DNA of 64,000 nucleotides from Macrostomum hystrix (taxonomy: Eukaryota; Animalia; Platyhelminthes). Below, piece after piece: positions 1 through 12,330 of the stretch. The DNA is taken from assembly GCA_950097015.1 (NCBI GenBank), contig CATNEN010000033.1, positions 4,712,001-4,776,000 on the forward strand. Reading direction: 5' to 3'. A program made the position numbers and the translations under genes. The first letter of the stretch is position 1, and every line of letters starts with the position of its first letter. Below the pieces are notes generated by a model. That model saw only the letters and a list, made by a program, of their open reading frames with translations. It did no database searches and was not told the origin of the DNA.

Positions 1-667
1 GGGAGCGGAGAGAGACGCCGGGGCGGAAGGCAGGCGGCCGTGATTGACAGGTAAAAAATTAAAGGTGTGGATGCAATAGAGAGCATAAGTGAGAAAGAAC
101 TGAGAGATGGGGCCAAGGATGAGGGCATTAGGGACGGGAATTCCCAGTGCCAGCCTTCTCAATCTTATTTGGCGCTAACTATTAAAGACTGAAAAACACA
201 CTGCGCTGAATAACTCATGAGTGTGTGAGTATCTGAGACCTGCACACACACACTCGGGAATCTGTAAATGAGACAGCCTCATTGTGAACCAATGCAGTTT
301 ACAATATGCTCGCCATCGTCAGGATTTTACCGAACGCTCTGATAACGGAGCCAGTTTAAAAATGTTCATAAAACTGGTCTGTATTGAGCAGACTGCAATG
401 CTGAGTTCATGGGGTCAATTTCAACACCTCAAGTTAAATCGATTAGCGCATTTATCTTTCATAAGCAGTGAGGGGCCAGATTTTGGCGTCGGACAGGTCC
501 CACTTCCTCTACGGTGTTGGCACGGGATTATTCAAATCGTTTAAGACCTACTGCGAGTCCTGATCCCCACAATAACTGGCGGTGTTTCTATGGCAATTTC
601 TAGGTGTCTAGAGAGAGAGACTAGGGGGGGAATTCGCTCAGTGGGAATAAAGGACCACCAAACTCAC

Positions 668-817
668 CTGAGCAGTTGCGACTGACGAGTTGAGCTGCCG
701 ACGGATCCGAGAGCGGGCTGAACGTCGCGCACCTCCGCGCACCAGAACTGCCGTCCCGCTGTCGGCCATATCTCAGCTGCTGCTGGCTCCTGCCCCCTGT
801 TTCACACACTTTATATA
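668..817 (-). promoter_or_regulatory. Possible TATA box plus first coding exon of a minus-strand gene running off the left edge
   Basis: Minus strand: TATATAAAG at 817-809, ATG at 769, 34 codons (MADSGTAVLVRGGARRSARSRIRRQLNSSVATAQ), then a consensus donor CAG|GTGAGT at 668/667. No homology recognised. Confidence 0.3.
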
Positions 818-2091
818 ACGGCTGGGGCCAGAGAGGAGAGAAGAATGAGAACGGAGAAGGGCCCTTTTACCACTCTCGTGCTTGGAGACCCGAGGACCTC
901 CTTGTGGCTGCCGGGCTCTCATGCTTGAGGCCGCGGTCCAGGCGGGAGGGCTCCTCAGCCATAACGTGAAGAGCATGTAAAGTGCACTTTCTAAGGTCTT
1001 ATCCCTAATACTCTATGGGGATCTCGGCGCGGGACTCCCCCCTACCTTCTTCAGCGCGCTAAGCCCTCCTGAGAAGGACCGCAGCTGAGGGCGGCGATCG
1101 CCCTGGGAGACACGTAGCGGAGCTCCCGCCGCCCTGGATCCCCCACTTCATCTTCTCCTGGCAGCGGAGCGCGCCTCAAGTGGCTTGGGACAAATGTTTG
1201 ATTTTTGCGTGAAGCCCCCTTCACGGCCTGTCTCGCTCCTAATCCCTTCCCACCAGTCTTTAAATTCCCCCCCGCCCACGACTCCTCCCCTGCCCCGAAT
1301 CCCAAGCCGTCTTTCGCCCAAGGGCGCCGGTCCTGGCAAGATCCCAAAGCAGCCTATGCTTTTTCCCTACGTCACTCCTCACTGGGGATTACACGCGCTA
1401 GTTAATATCCCTGGCAAAAAACTTTCCTTAATTGCGAGCTGTTTGTGGCAGCAGAATTGTCAGGCAAACATCAAATAGTTTAGCTGTTGGCTCCCGTCAA
1501 GACCTGGCCGTGATTTGTCTGTGATAGCTGGCGCGTGAGGAATTCCGGCTTTGCTTTCACAGAACAAAGTAGCGAAAAATGAGAGCTCAACTGAATGGGC
1601 ATCCGAGATTGGGGATTTTGCTCGGTTGTATAATTTTCTGTTACATTGTGCATCTCGATAAATGCAGGTAATTTTCGATAATTTCAACAAAAAACTCGAC
1701 CACCTATTTATTGTGTTGCCACGCAAAATGAGAATTGCTGCAAAAAGCAATTCTGCTCCGAAGTGAAACTTGTGCAGTCTTTGTTCATTATCAAAAACTT
1801 TTTTAATTCTTTGTTTTCAACTGAGGGAAGGAAGAATGAGTTTCAATGAGGAGGAAGTAAAATACATTGTGGTATAAAATTTTTCGAAACTCATAACTTT
1901 TTTGGAAACTACGAATTGAGAATGCATTGCGACAGCTATTCCACCCGCCCTTCCAAACCAACTGCTTATCAACTTACCTGCTTCCTACGAGAATGAAAAA
2001 ATTAATGCTAGGCATTTCCCGGAAAAAAACTATATTTCGCAAAGGCTCGCAGATTGGTTTAGATTTCGGGACTTAGCTGCGCAATGTGCCT

Positions 2092-3050
2092 TCATCTCAT
2101 CCGATTCTCACAACTTTCTCATCCGATTCTCATCCGATTCTCACAACTTTCCCATCCGATTCTCACAACTTTCCCACCCGATTCTCACAACTTTCTCATC
2201 CGATTCTCACAACTTTCTCATCCGATTCTCACAACTTTCTCATCCGATTCTCACAACTTTCTCATCCGATTCTCACAACTTTCTCATCCGATTCTCACAA
2301 CTTTCTCATCCGATTCTCACAACTTTCCCATCCGATTCTCACAACTTTCCCATCAGATTCTCACAACTTTCCCATCCGATTCTCACAACTTTCTCATCCG
2401 ATTCTCATCCGATTCTCACAACTTTCTCATCCGATTCTCACAACTTTCCCATCCGATTCTCACAACTTTCCCATCAGATTCTCACAACTTTCCCATCCGA
2501 TTCTCACAACTTTCTCATCCGATTCTCTCAACTTTCTCATCCGATTCTCACAACTTTCCCATCCGATTCTCACAACTTTCTCATCCGATTCTCCCAACTT
2601 TCTCATCCGATTCTCACAACTTTCTCATCCGATTCTCCCAACTTTCTCATCCGATTCTCTCAACTTTCTCATCCGATTCTCACAACTTTCCCATCCGATT
2701 CTCACAACTTTCTCATCCGATTCTCCCAACTTTCTCATCCGATTCTCACAACTTTCTAATCCGATTCTCATCCGATTCTCACAACTTTCTCATCCGATTC
2801 TCACAACTTTCCCATCCGATTCTCACAACTTTCTCATCCGATTCTCCCAACTTTCTCATCCGATTCTCACAACTTTCTCATCAGATTCTCATCCGATTCT
2901 CACAACTTTCTCATCAGATTCTCATCCGATTCTCACAACTTTCTCATCAGATTCTCATCCGATTCTCCCAACTTTCTCATCCGATTCTCACAACTTTCTA
3001 AACCGATTTTCACAACTTTGTCAACCGATTTTCAACTTTCTCATGGATAT
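2092..3050. repeat. 22-bp minisatellite (CATCCGATTCTCACAACTTTCT)n
   Basis: About 40 visible tandem units with occasional shortened units. The ORFs over it are repeat translations. Confidence 0.95.
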
Positions 3051-3074
3051 TCATGATTTCCTCATATATTCTCA

Positions 3075-3486
3075 GGACTTTCTAATGTGTTCTAATGACT
3101 TTCTCATGTGTTCTTATGACTTTCTCATGTGTTCTAATGACTTTCTCATGTGTTCTAATGACTTTCTCATGTGTTCTAATGACTTTCTCGTGTGTTCTAA
3201 TGACTTTCTCATGTGTTCTTATGACTTTCTCATGTGTTCTAATGACTTTCTCATGTGTTCTAATGACTTTCTCATGTGTTCTTATGACTTTCTCATGTGT
3301 TCTAATGACTTTCTCATGTGTTCTAATGACTTTCTCATGTGTTCTTATGACTTTCTCATGTGTTCTAATGACTTTCTCATGTGTTCTAATGACTTTCTCA
3401 TGTGTTCTAATGACTTTCTCATGTGTTCTAATGACTTTCTCATGTGTTCTAATGACTTTCTCATGTGTTCTAATGACTTTCTCATA
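3075..3486. repeat. 21-bp minisatellite (ATGTGTTCTAATGACTTTCTC)n
   Basis: About 20 near-perfect units; shares ACTTTCTCAT with the adjacent 22-bp array. Confidence 0.95.
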
Positions 3487-4489
3487 GGTGCTCTCAGGAA
3501 TTGCTCCCTCAGGACTCTCAGGAAGGCTCTCACTGCATTGTTCTCGCATTCCATCCAGATTCAGTGAGCAACTTAGGCTACGAAGCACCTCAATTCGGTT
3601 ATTATTATAGACCGTTTGGCAGTGCTCACCCAACGGATTGAGCAGTGTGAAAAATACTGTGGATACAGCTGCGGTGCCCAGTTAATCACTCAAGAACTGT
3701 TTAGCAATTAATTGTCTCTCGCCCTCGGCCCCGCACTGCCGTTTCCAAAAATTTTCGCAGATCACTTCAAGTAGCACTTGGCCTTGGAGTGCTGGGCTGG
3801 GGGTAACGGGCTCTGAGGCTAATCAAATGAGACTCTGAGTTCTTCTGGCACCTCAGCAGATCCAGGAGCAGTAACAACCGGCCAGGCCGCTACTATCGAT
3901 GATGCCACGAAAAAATAAGCAAAATACGACCGAGGCGAAGGCCCAGGAAAACTGCGGGCAAAGTGGGAGAGTCGCCACTTCAGCCGGTCAGTGTCCAGTC
4001 AATTTCTGCCAATTCTTCTCGGCCGACTCTCACACAGCCGGCCGGCCCACTTCAGCCAGTCAAGCCTTTGGTCCGCGGCCGAGGCGGGGGCCTCGGGGAC
4101 CGGCCTCCTCAAGAAGAGAAAGTTTCACATGCCGGACTCCGCGGCTGCGCGGAGCACCTGGAGAAGCGGGGGGGCCCGGGAGACCACTCAAGTGGGACCC
4201 GGCTGAGCTGAAGAGGTTCATTTGTTGCTGAAGAGTTTGTGGGAGAAGGTTCAGCAAATAGCTCTGGCCAAGTGAGCACAGTGTTTGAGCATTTCGATAT
4301 TGGCTTTGCTGGCTCATTGTTGTTGCTCCTGCGGCCCAGGAGAAAGTTGACTGAAATGTTTTGTAAGAAAATTCCAGAAACTGCAAATAGTGCTCAACTG
4401 TTTTCCAAGGTATTTATCACCATCATCTTATGAATATTAAATGGCAGAGCTTTGAACTGGGAGAGCACGTTAGACACAAATTAGAACAG

Positions 4490-7400
4490 AAAAACACGAT
4501 AGACACACTTTGGAACTGAAAGATGTGTTAGACACACTTTGGAACTGAAAGATGTGTTAGACACACTTTGGAACTGGAAGAGAGTGTTAGACACACTTTG
4601 GAACTGGAAGAGAGTGTTAGACACACTTTGGAACTGGAAGATGTGTTAGACACACTTTGGAACTGGAAGAGAGTGTTAGACACACTTTGGAACTGAAAGA
4701 TGTGTTAGACACACTTTGGAACTGGAAGAATGTGTTAGACACACTTTGGAACTGGAAGAGAGTGATAGACACACTTTGGAACTGGGAGAGAGTGTTAGAC
4801 ACACTTTGGAACTGGAAGAGAGTGTTAGACACACTTTGGAACTGGAAGAGAGTGTTAGACACACTTTGGAACTGAAAGATGTGTTAGACACACTTTGGAA
4901 CTGGAAGAATGTGTTAGACACACTTTGGAACTGAAAGATGTGTTAGACACACTTTGGAACTCAAAGATGTGTTAGACACACTTTGGAACTGGAAGAATGT
5001 GTTAGACACACTTTGGAACTGAAAGATGTGTTAGACACACTTTGGAACTGGAAGAATGTGTTAGACACACTTTGGAACTGGAAGAATGTGTTAGACACAC
5101 TTTGGAACTGGAAGAATGTGTTAGACACACTTTGGAACTGGAAGAATGTGTTAGACACACTTTGGAACTGAAAGATGTGTTAGACACACTTTGGAACTCA
5201 AAGATGTGTTAGACACACTTTGGAACTGGAAGAATGTGTTAGACACACTTTGGAACTGAAAGATGTGTTAGACACACTTTGGAACTGGAAGAATGTGTTA
5301 GACACACTTTGGAACTGGAAGAATGTGTTAGACACACTTTGGAACTGGAAGAATGTGTTAGACACACTTTGGAACTGGAAGAATGTGTTAGACACACTTT
5401 GGAACTGGAAGAATGTGTTAGACACACTTTGGAACTGGAAGAGAGTGTTAGACACACTTTGGAACTGGGAGAGAGTGTTAGACACACTTTGGAACTGAAA
5501 GATGTGTTAGACACACTTTGGAACTGGAAGAATGTGTTAGACACACTTTGGAACTGAAAGATGTGTTAGACACACTTTGGAACTGGAAGAGAGTGTTAGA
5601 CACACTTTGGAACTGGGAGAGAGTGTTAGACACACTTTGGAACTGGAAGAATGTGTTAGACACACTTTGGAACTGGAAGAATGTGTTAGACACACTTTGG
5701 AACTGGAAGAGAGTGTTAGACACACTTTGGAACTGGGAGAGAGTGTTAGACACACTTTGGAACTGAAGAATGTGTTAGACACACTTTGGAACTGGAAGAA
5801 ATGTGTTAGACACACTTTGGAACTGAAAGATGTGTTAGACACACTTTGGAACTGGAAGAGAGTGTTAGACACACTTTGGAACTGGAAGAGAGTGTTAGAC
5901 ACACTTTGGAACTGGAAGAATGTGTTAGACACACTTTAGAACTGGAAAGAATGTGTTAGACACACTTTGGAACTGGAAGAATGTGTTAGACACACTTTGG
6001 AACTGGAAGAGAGTGTTAGACACACTTTGGAACTGGAAGAATGTGTTAGACACACTTTGGAACTGGAAAGAATGTGTTAGACACACTTTGGAACTGGAAG
6101 AGATGTGTTAGACACACTTTGGAACTCAAAGATGTGTTAGACACTCTTTGGAACTGGAAGAATGTGTTAGACACACTTTGGAACTGGAAGAATGTGTTAG
6201 ACACACTTTGGAACTGAAAGATGTGTTAGACACACTTTGGAACTGGCAAGATGTGTTAGACACTCTTTGGAACTGGAAGAATGTGTTAGACACACTTTGG
6301 AACTGAAGAATGTGTTAGACACACTTTGGAACTGGAAGAATGTGTTAGACACACTTTGGAACTGGAAGAGATGTGTTAGACACACTTTGGAACTGGAAGA
6401 ATGTGTTAGACACACTTTGGAACTGGAAAGAATGTGTTAGACACACTTTGGAACTGGAAGAATGTGTTAGACACACTTTGGAACTGGAAGAGAGTGTTAG
6501 ACACACTTTGGAACTGGGAGAGAGTGTTAGACACACTTTGGAACTGAAAGATGTGTTAGACACACTTTGGAACTGGAAGAATGTGTTAGACACACTTTGG
6601 AACTGAAAGATGTGTTAGACACACTTTGGAACTGGAAGAGAGTGTTAGACACACTTTGGAACTGGAAAGATGTGTTAGACACACTTTGGAACTGGAAGAA
6701 TGTGTTAGACACACTTTGGAACTGAAAGATGTGTTAGACACACTTTGGAACTGGAAGAATGTGTTAGACACACTTTGGAACTGGAAGAATGTGTTAGACA
6801 CACTTTGGAACTGGAAGAATGTGTTAGACACACTTTGGAACTGGAAGAATGTGTTAGACACACTTTGGAACTGAAAGATGTGTTAGACACACTTTGGAAC
6901 TCAAAGATGTGTTAGACACACTTTGGAACTGGAAGAATGTGTTAGACACACTTTGGAACTGAAAGATGTGTTAGACACACTTTGGAACTGGAAGAATGTG
7001 TTAGACACACTTTGGAACTGGAAGAATGTGTTAGACACACTTTGGAACTGGAAGAATGTGTTAGACACACTTTGGAACTGGAAGAATGTGTTAGACACAC
7101 TTTGGAACTGGAAGAATGTGTTAGACACACTTTGGAACTGGAAGAGAGTGTTAGACACACTTTGGAACTGGGAGAGAGTGTTAGACACACTTTGGAACTG
7201 AAAGATGTGTTAGACACACTTTGGAACTGGAAGAATGTGTTAGACACACTTTGGAACTGAAAGATGTGTTAGACACACTTTGGAACTGGAAGAGAGTGTT
7301 AGACACACTTTGGAACTGGAGAGATGTGTTAGACACACTTTGGAACTGGAAGAATGTGTTAGACACACTTTGGAACTGGAAGAATGTGTTAGACACACTT

Positions 7401-8935
7401 TGGAACTGGAAGAGAGTGTTAGACACACTTTGGAACTGGGAGAGAGTGTTAGACACACTTTGGAACTGGAAAGATGTGTTAGACACACTTTGGAACTGGA
7501 AGAATGTGTTAGACACACTTTGGAACTGAAAGATGTGTTAGACACACTTTGGAACTGGAAGAGAGTGTTAGACACACTTTGGAACTGGGAGAGAGTGTTA
7601 GACACACTTTGGAACTGGAAGAATGTGTTAGACACACTTTAGAACTGGAAGAATGTGTTAGACACACTTTGGAACTGGAAGAATGTGTTAGACACACTTT
7701 GGAACTGGAAGAGAGTGTTAGACACACTTTGGAACTGGAAGAATGTGTTAGACACACTTTGGAACTGGAAGAATGTGTTAGACACACTTTGGAACTGAAA
7801 GATGTGTTAGACACACTTTGGAACTGGAAGAATGTGTTAGACACACTTTGGAACTGGAAGAATGTGTTAGACACACTTTGGAACTGGAAGAATGTGTTAG
7901 ACACACTTTGGAACTGGAAGAATGTGTTAGACACACTTTGGAACTGAAAGATGTGTTAGACACACTTTGGAACTGAAAGATGTGTTAGACACTACTTTGG
8001 AACTGGGAAGAATGTGTTAGACACACTTTGGAACTGGAAGAATGTGTTAGACACACTTTGGAACTGAAAGATGTGTTAGACACACTTTGGAACTCAAAGA
8101 TGTGTTAGACACTCTTTGGAACTGGAAGAATGTGTTAGACACACTTTGGAACTGAAAGATGTGTTAGACACACTTTGGAACTGGAAGAATGTGTTAGACA
8201 CACTTTGGAACTGGAAGAATGTGTTAGACACACTTTGGAACTGGAAGAATGTGTTAGACACACTTTGGAACTGGAAGAATGTGTTAGACACACTTTGGAA
8301 CTGGAAGAATGTGTTAGACACACTTTGGAACTGGAAGAGAGTGTTAGACACACTTTGGAACTGGGAGAGAGTGTTAGACACACTTTGGAACTCAAAGATG
8401 TGTTAGACACACTTTGGAACTGGAAGAATGTGTTAGACACACTTTGGAACTGAAAGATGTGTTAGACACACTTTGGAACTGGAAGAGAGTGTTAGACACA
8501 CTTTGGAACTGGGAGAGAGTGTTAGACACACTTTGGAACTGGAAGAATGTGTTAGGCACACTTTAGAACTGGAAGAATGTGTTAGACACACTTTGGAACT
8601 GGAAGAATGTGTTAGACACACTTTGGAACTGAAAGATGTGTTAGACACACTTTGGAACTGGAAGAATGTGTTAGACACACTTTGGAACTGGAAGAATGTG
8701 TTAGACACACTTTGGAACTGGGAGAGAGTGTTAGACACACTTTGGAACTGGAAGAGAGTGTTAGACACACTTTGGAACTGGAAGAGAGTGTTAGACACAC
8801 TTTGGAACTGGAAGAATGTGTTAGACACACTTTGGAACTGGAAGAATGTGTTAGACACACTTTGGAACTGGAAGAATGTGTTAGACACACTTTGAAACTT
8901 GAAGAATGTGTTAGACACACTTTGGAACTGGAGAA
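4490..8935. repeat. 29/30-bp satellite (TGTGTTAGACACACTTTGGAACTGGAAGAA)n, ~4.4 kb
   Basis: About 150 contiguous units with a few recurring variants (GAAGAA, GAAGAG, GGAGAG, AAAGA). No spacers. Confidence 0.97.
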
Positions 8936-10024
8936 AACTGTGCTAGGCTGCTAAAAGCATGTTTAATGTCGGACATGTTCCACATACATTTGAAATAGAG
9001 CAGAGCTTTCAACCCCAGATGCTGCATCCGCAGCACGCAGCCTAGCAAACAACGGAAAAATTCCTACAAATTGATATGCTAATTTATTTCCTTCGAGCCC
9101 TTCAACTGTCGTCTGTGTCAATGAGAGTCGACCAAAAGTCAGTTGGCTGCGGATGTCCAGCCAAATATTTGAGCTGCCGGACTCAAAATATGCCAACTCA
9201 GCATAGTCTGCTCCTCAGTGGGATAATTTCTGATCTCCATCAAATCAGAGAAACTTTCACTGTAAGCTCCGGCGCACGCTGGTCACGTGACCTTTATAGG
9301 GGATAAATCTGCAGAGCTGCATCGGCGCCCAGCAGGAAATTTCGCGCATAAAATTATCCCCTTTCCGATCCGCCAGCAAACTTCTCCATTCCAGCGAAAT
9401 ATATTCCTCCGACAGCTAGGGGGGGATTTTTAGGGCCCGCAAAGTGGGTGGAGCTGCTAATTGAGTTGGGGATTCGCATTGTTCCTGGCTAGGCCTGACC
9501 TGTCAGTCACAGCGAATGGAATTCGCTGATGCTGCCGTTGAGTGAAGCTTCACTGGGATCTCATTGTTAGCGAGATCTGCGGGGTGGGGCTGGTTCGTAC
9601 TCGACCATACTCAGCACCCGGCCCCGGCACCGCTGTGCAAACAGATAAGGCCAAGTCAAGTGGCACCGTGTCTAACAGTTCCAGAATCCGTCATCAAACA
9701 GCCTTGCTGCATCCTGCCATTGTGTCTCCCCCCGCCTGGGACAATAAAATCCTAACTTGTCCCCCAGCTGCTAATGGGGATTTCAGAATAAAAAGTTGCA
9801 TCCACTGAGCACACATTGATGAGCTGGGAGAGCAAATTGATTGTCACAAGAGCTGCATGCATTGGCAACTTTAAATGCGACTCAAATGGTTCGGGATTTG
9901 TTAAAACTGAAAAAAACATCCGCTGACCGAAACTTTCCAGAAGCGAAACGTTCGAGAACATAATCTCTAAAGTATTATTTAGACTCTTGAATAATTTCAG
10001 GACATTTCAGACATTTTGTGAGGT

Positions 10025-10285
10025 GGCGATCCAGCCCATTTCGCTGACTCCTGAGCACACACGCACACAGATACTGTACACGGGCGCGCACTCACACAGG
10101 CGTGTACATCTGCCCTGACTTTTGTCATCGTCAGGCAGTGTACACTCTCACTGTGCTTTGGAGGTTGGCCCTCAATGACGTAAATTGCACGACAAGCCCC
10201 CCAAGCCTTCTCTTCGCGGCTGCGCCCCAAATGAATGTGCGGAATCGAACTTAGGAACGTTAACCCCTCAGCCGCAGCGCTTCCA
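10025..10285 (-). mobile_element. tRNA-derived SINE copy (diverged head)
   Basis: Body matches copies at 31.9, 46.5, 57.6 and 58.0 kb (GCTGACTCCTGAGCACAC...CTGCCCTGACTTT.TCATCGTCAGGCAGTGTACACTCTC). B-box-like GTTCGATTCC on the minus strand near 10245. Confidence 0.75.
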
Positions 10286-11166
10286 AAACGGCTGTGTACA
10301 ACTGTTCAGTCCATGGACTGGAAAGGCTGCTGATGCGGGAAATCATGAGCTGAAGCCCTAAGGAATTATGCGTCTCGTTAAAATAAGAAAATTGCTTTTC
10401 TTTGGCTGAGATTCGAACTCAAGCTCTAACCCATTGGATTACAAGCGGAAAGTAAAGAAAATGGAAAGCTTTATAAGAAACAATTTAAACTAAATGCAGC
10501 AGAACTCACAAGTTAACTAAGAAAGAGGCAATCTTTTTAGAAAAAAATTTGTATAAATGAGTTTGGGAATAAAAACAGCTTTGGGAGTTAAGGCAAACCT
10601 ACTGTGGGAAAACTACGCGGTACTGAGCAGCAGGCCAAGTACAGGGCAGGGGATCGGGATTTGTGCAACCTTGCTTGAGAAGCACAATTTCAGAATGGTG
10701 CAAGGGGGTAAATCTAACGTTCCCCCCCCAGTTCCAAGTCCTAAGCAATGAGACAACGAAGAAAAAAAGACGAAAAATAAATTGCCTCCAGTCCCCAAAA
10801 GAGTTATGAACGATTTTTTTCAGTAAAACATTTTCTGAATTTAGACACACCAATGTGGCTTTGTTATATTGAATTTACGGTAACTGGACGCTGTCCCGCC
10901 CGCCCGTCTGTCTGCCTTTCTCTCTCATTTTTCGTTTTGTCTCCCTTTCGCGTCTCATTTTTCTGTAGTTGCCAAGTAGTATCGAGGCACTTGACAATTT
11001 TTCAACAAGGCCTCTTCAACAAGCGGCCCGCCACGCGCGCACTGGCCTGGCTGTCCATCCAGCCGCTACGAGTCAACATTTTCTGACTAAATTTGAACGA
11101 CGTCCCGTGCGAAAAAACTCTCGTTTCTGTGCAGGCAGATGACGGTGCTTGCGGTGGCTTGCGTAC

Positions 11167-11285
11167 GACATCCGAGACAATGTCTGACTGGACTGGGCCA
11201 TAGACATGCGAGACAATGTCTGATTGGAATGTGCCACAGACATCCGAGACAATGACTGACTGGACTGGGCCACAGACATCCGAGA
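11167..11285. repeat. 36-bp tandem repeat, ~3.3 copies
   Basis: GACAT(C/G)CGAGACAATG recurs at 11167, 11203, 11239 and 11275. Confidence 0.85.
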
Positions 11286-11299
11286 AATTATGTTGATTC

Positions 11300-11782
11300 T
11301 ACCCTACAATCCTACACTGCTCAGCCCTACAATCCCACGCTGCTCAGCCCTACAATCCCACACTGCTCAGACCTACAATCCCACGCTGCTCAGCCCTACA
11401 ATCCCACGCTGCTCAGCCCTACAATCCCACACTGCTCAGACCTACAATCCCGCACTCAGCCCTACAATCCCACGCTGCTCAGCCCTACAATCCCACACTG
11501 CTCAGACCTACAATCCCGCACTCAGCCCTACAATCCCACGCTGCTCAGCCCTACAATCCCACACTGCTCAGCCCTACAATCCCACACTGCTCAGCCCAAC
11601 AATCCCGCACTGCTCTGCCCTACAATCCCACACTGCTCTGCCCTACAATCCCACGCTGCTCAGCCCTACAATCCCACACTGCTCAGCCCTACAATCCCAC
11701 ACTGCTCAGCCCAACAATCCCACACTGCTCTGCCCTACAATCCCACACTGCTCTGCCCTACAATCCCACACTGCTCAGACCT
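11300..11782. repeat. 23-bp minisatellite (CCCACACTGCTCAGCCCTACAAT)n
   Basis: About 20 visible units. Confidence 0.93.
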
Positions 11783-12330
11783 AAAATTTCACATGGTCGG
11801 CCCAGCAGCAGCAGCAGCAGCAGTCAGCTCTATCATAAAAATTTCACAGCTGCATGGTCAAGCCGCAGGTGCAGAAGGCCGAATCAGCCAGAAATATTGT
11901 TTTGAGAGGGACGGAGCCAAGTGGACTGAGATTGGATATGATGGGGAAGGCAGATTCATCAGCCAGGGCACACGGCATGCATAATTGAGCAGTGTGCGGT
12001 GGCCAAGGAGGCAGTTGAGAGGCCGAGCTCGAGCTGGCGCGGTCGGCGGGCTCGCGGGAGTGTGAAATCGGAGATCCAGCGATGGCGGGAGACGTGACTG
12101 CGGATATTGCCGCTCGCTGGCGGCGACAATTGCTCAACCAATTCTTCTCATTCTACCAACACCGGCATTTACAAAGCAAAGCAAAGGCCAAGGTAGAGAA
12201 TGCTATTTAATAATTCATGGCCAGCTATTGAGAACTACTCGACAACTTTTGAGACTGCCAGAATGAACTTGAGAACATCTGAAAGCCAAGAATGGAAAAT
12301 AAATTAATTTGTATTAATTAAATGTATTAA

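Noticed and set aside
2084-3633. Long ORFs of 130-493 aa
   Set aside because: Pure translations of the 21/22-bp repeats, with no unique domain or plausible gene structure.
4490-8935. CRISPR-like array (30-bp, partly palindromic repeat)
   Set aside because: Units abut directly with no unique spacers, there are no cas genes, and the context is eukaryotic. The same applies to the 34-bp array.
11844-12137. FLADSAF motif suggesting a Harbinger/PIF transposase
   Set aside because: An isolated short match with no other catalytic motifs or TIRs.
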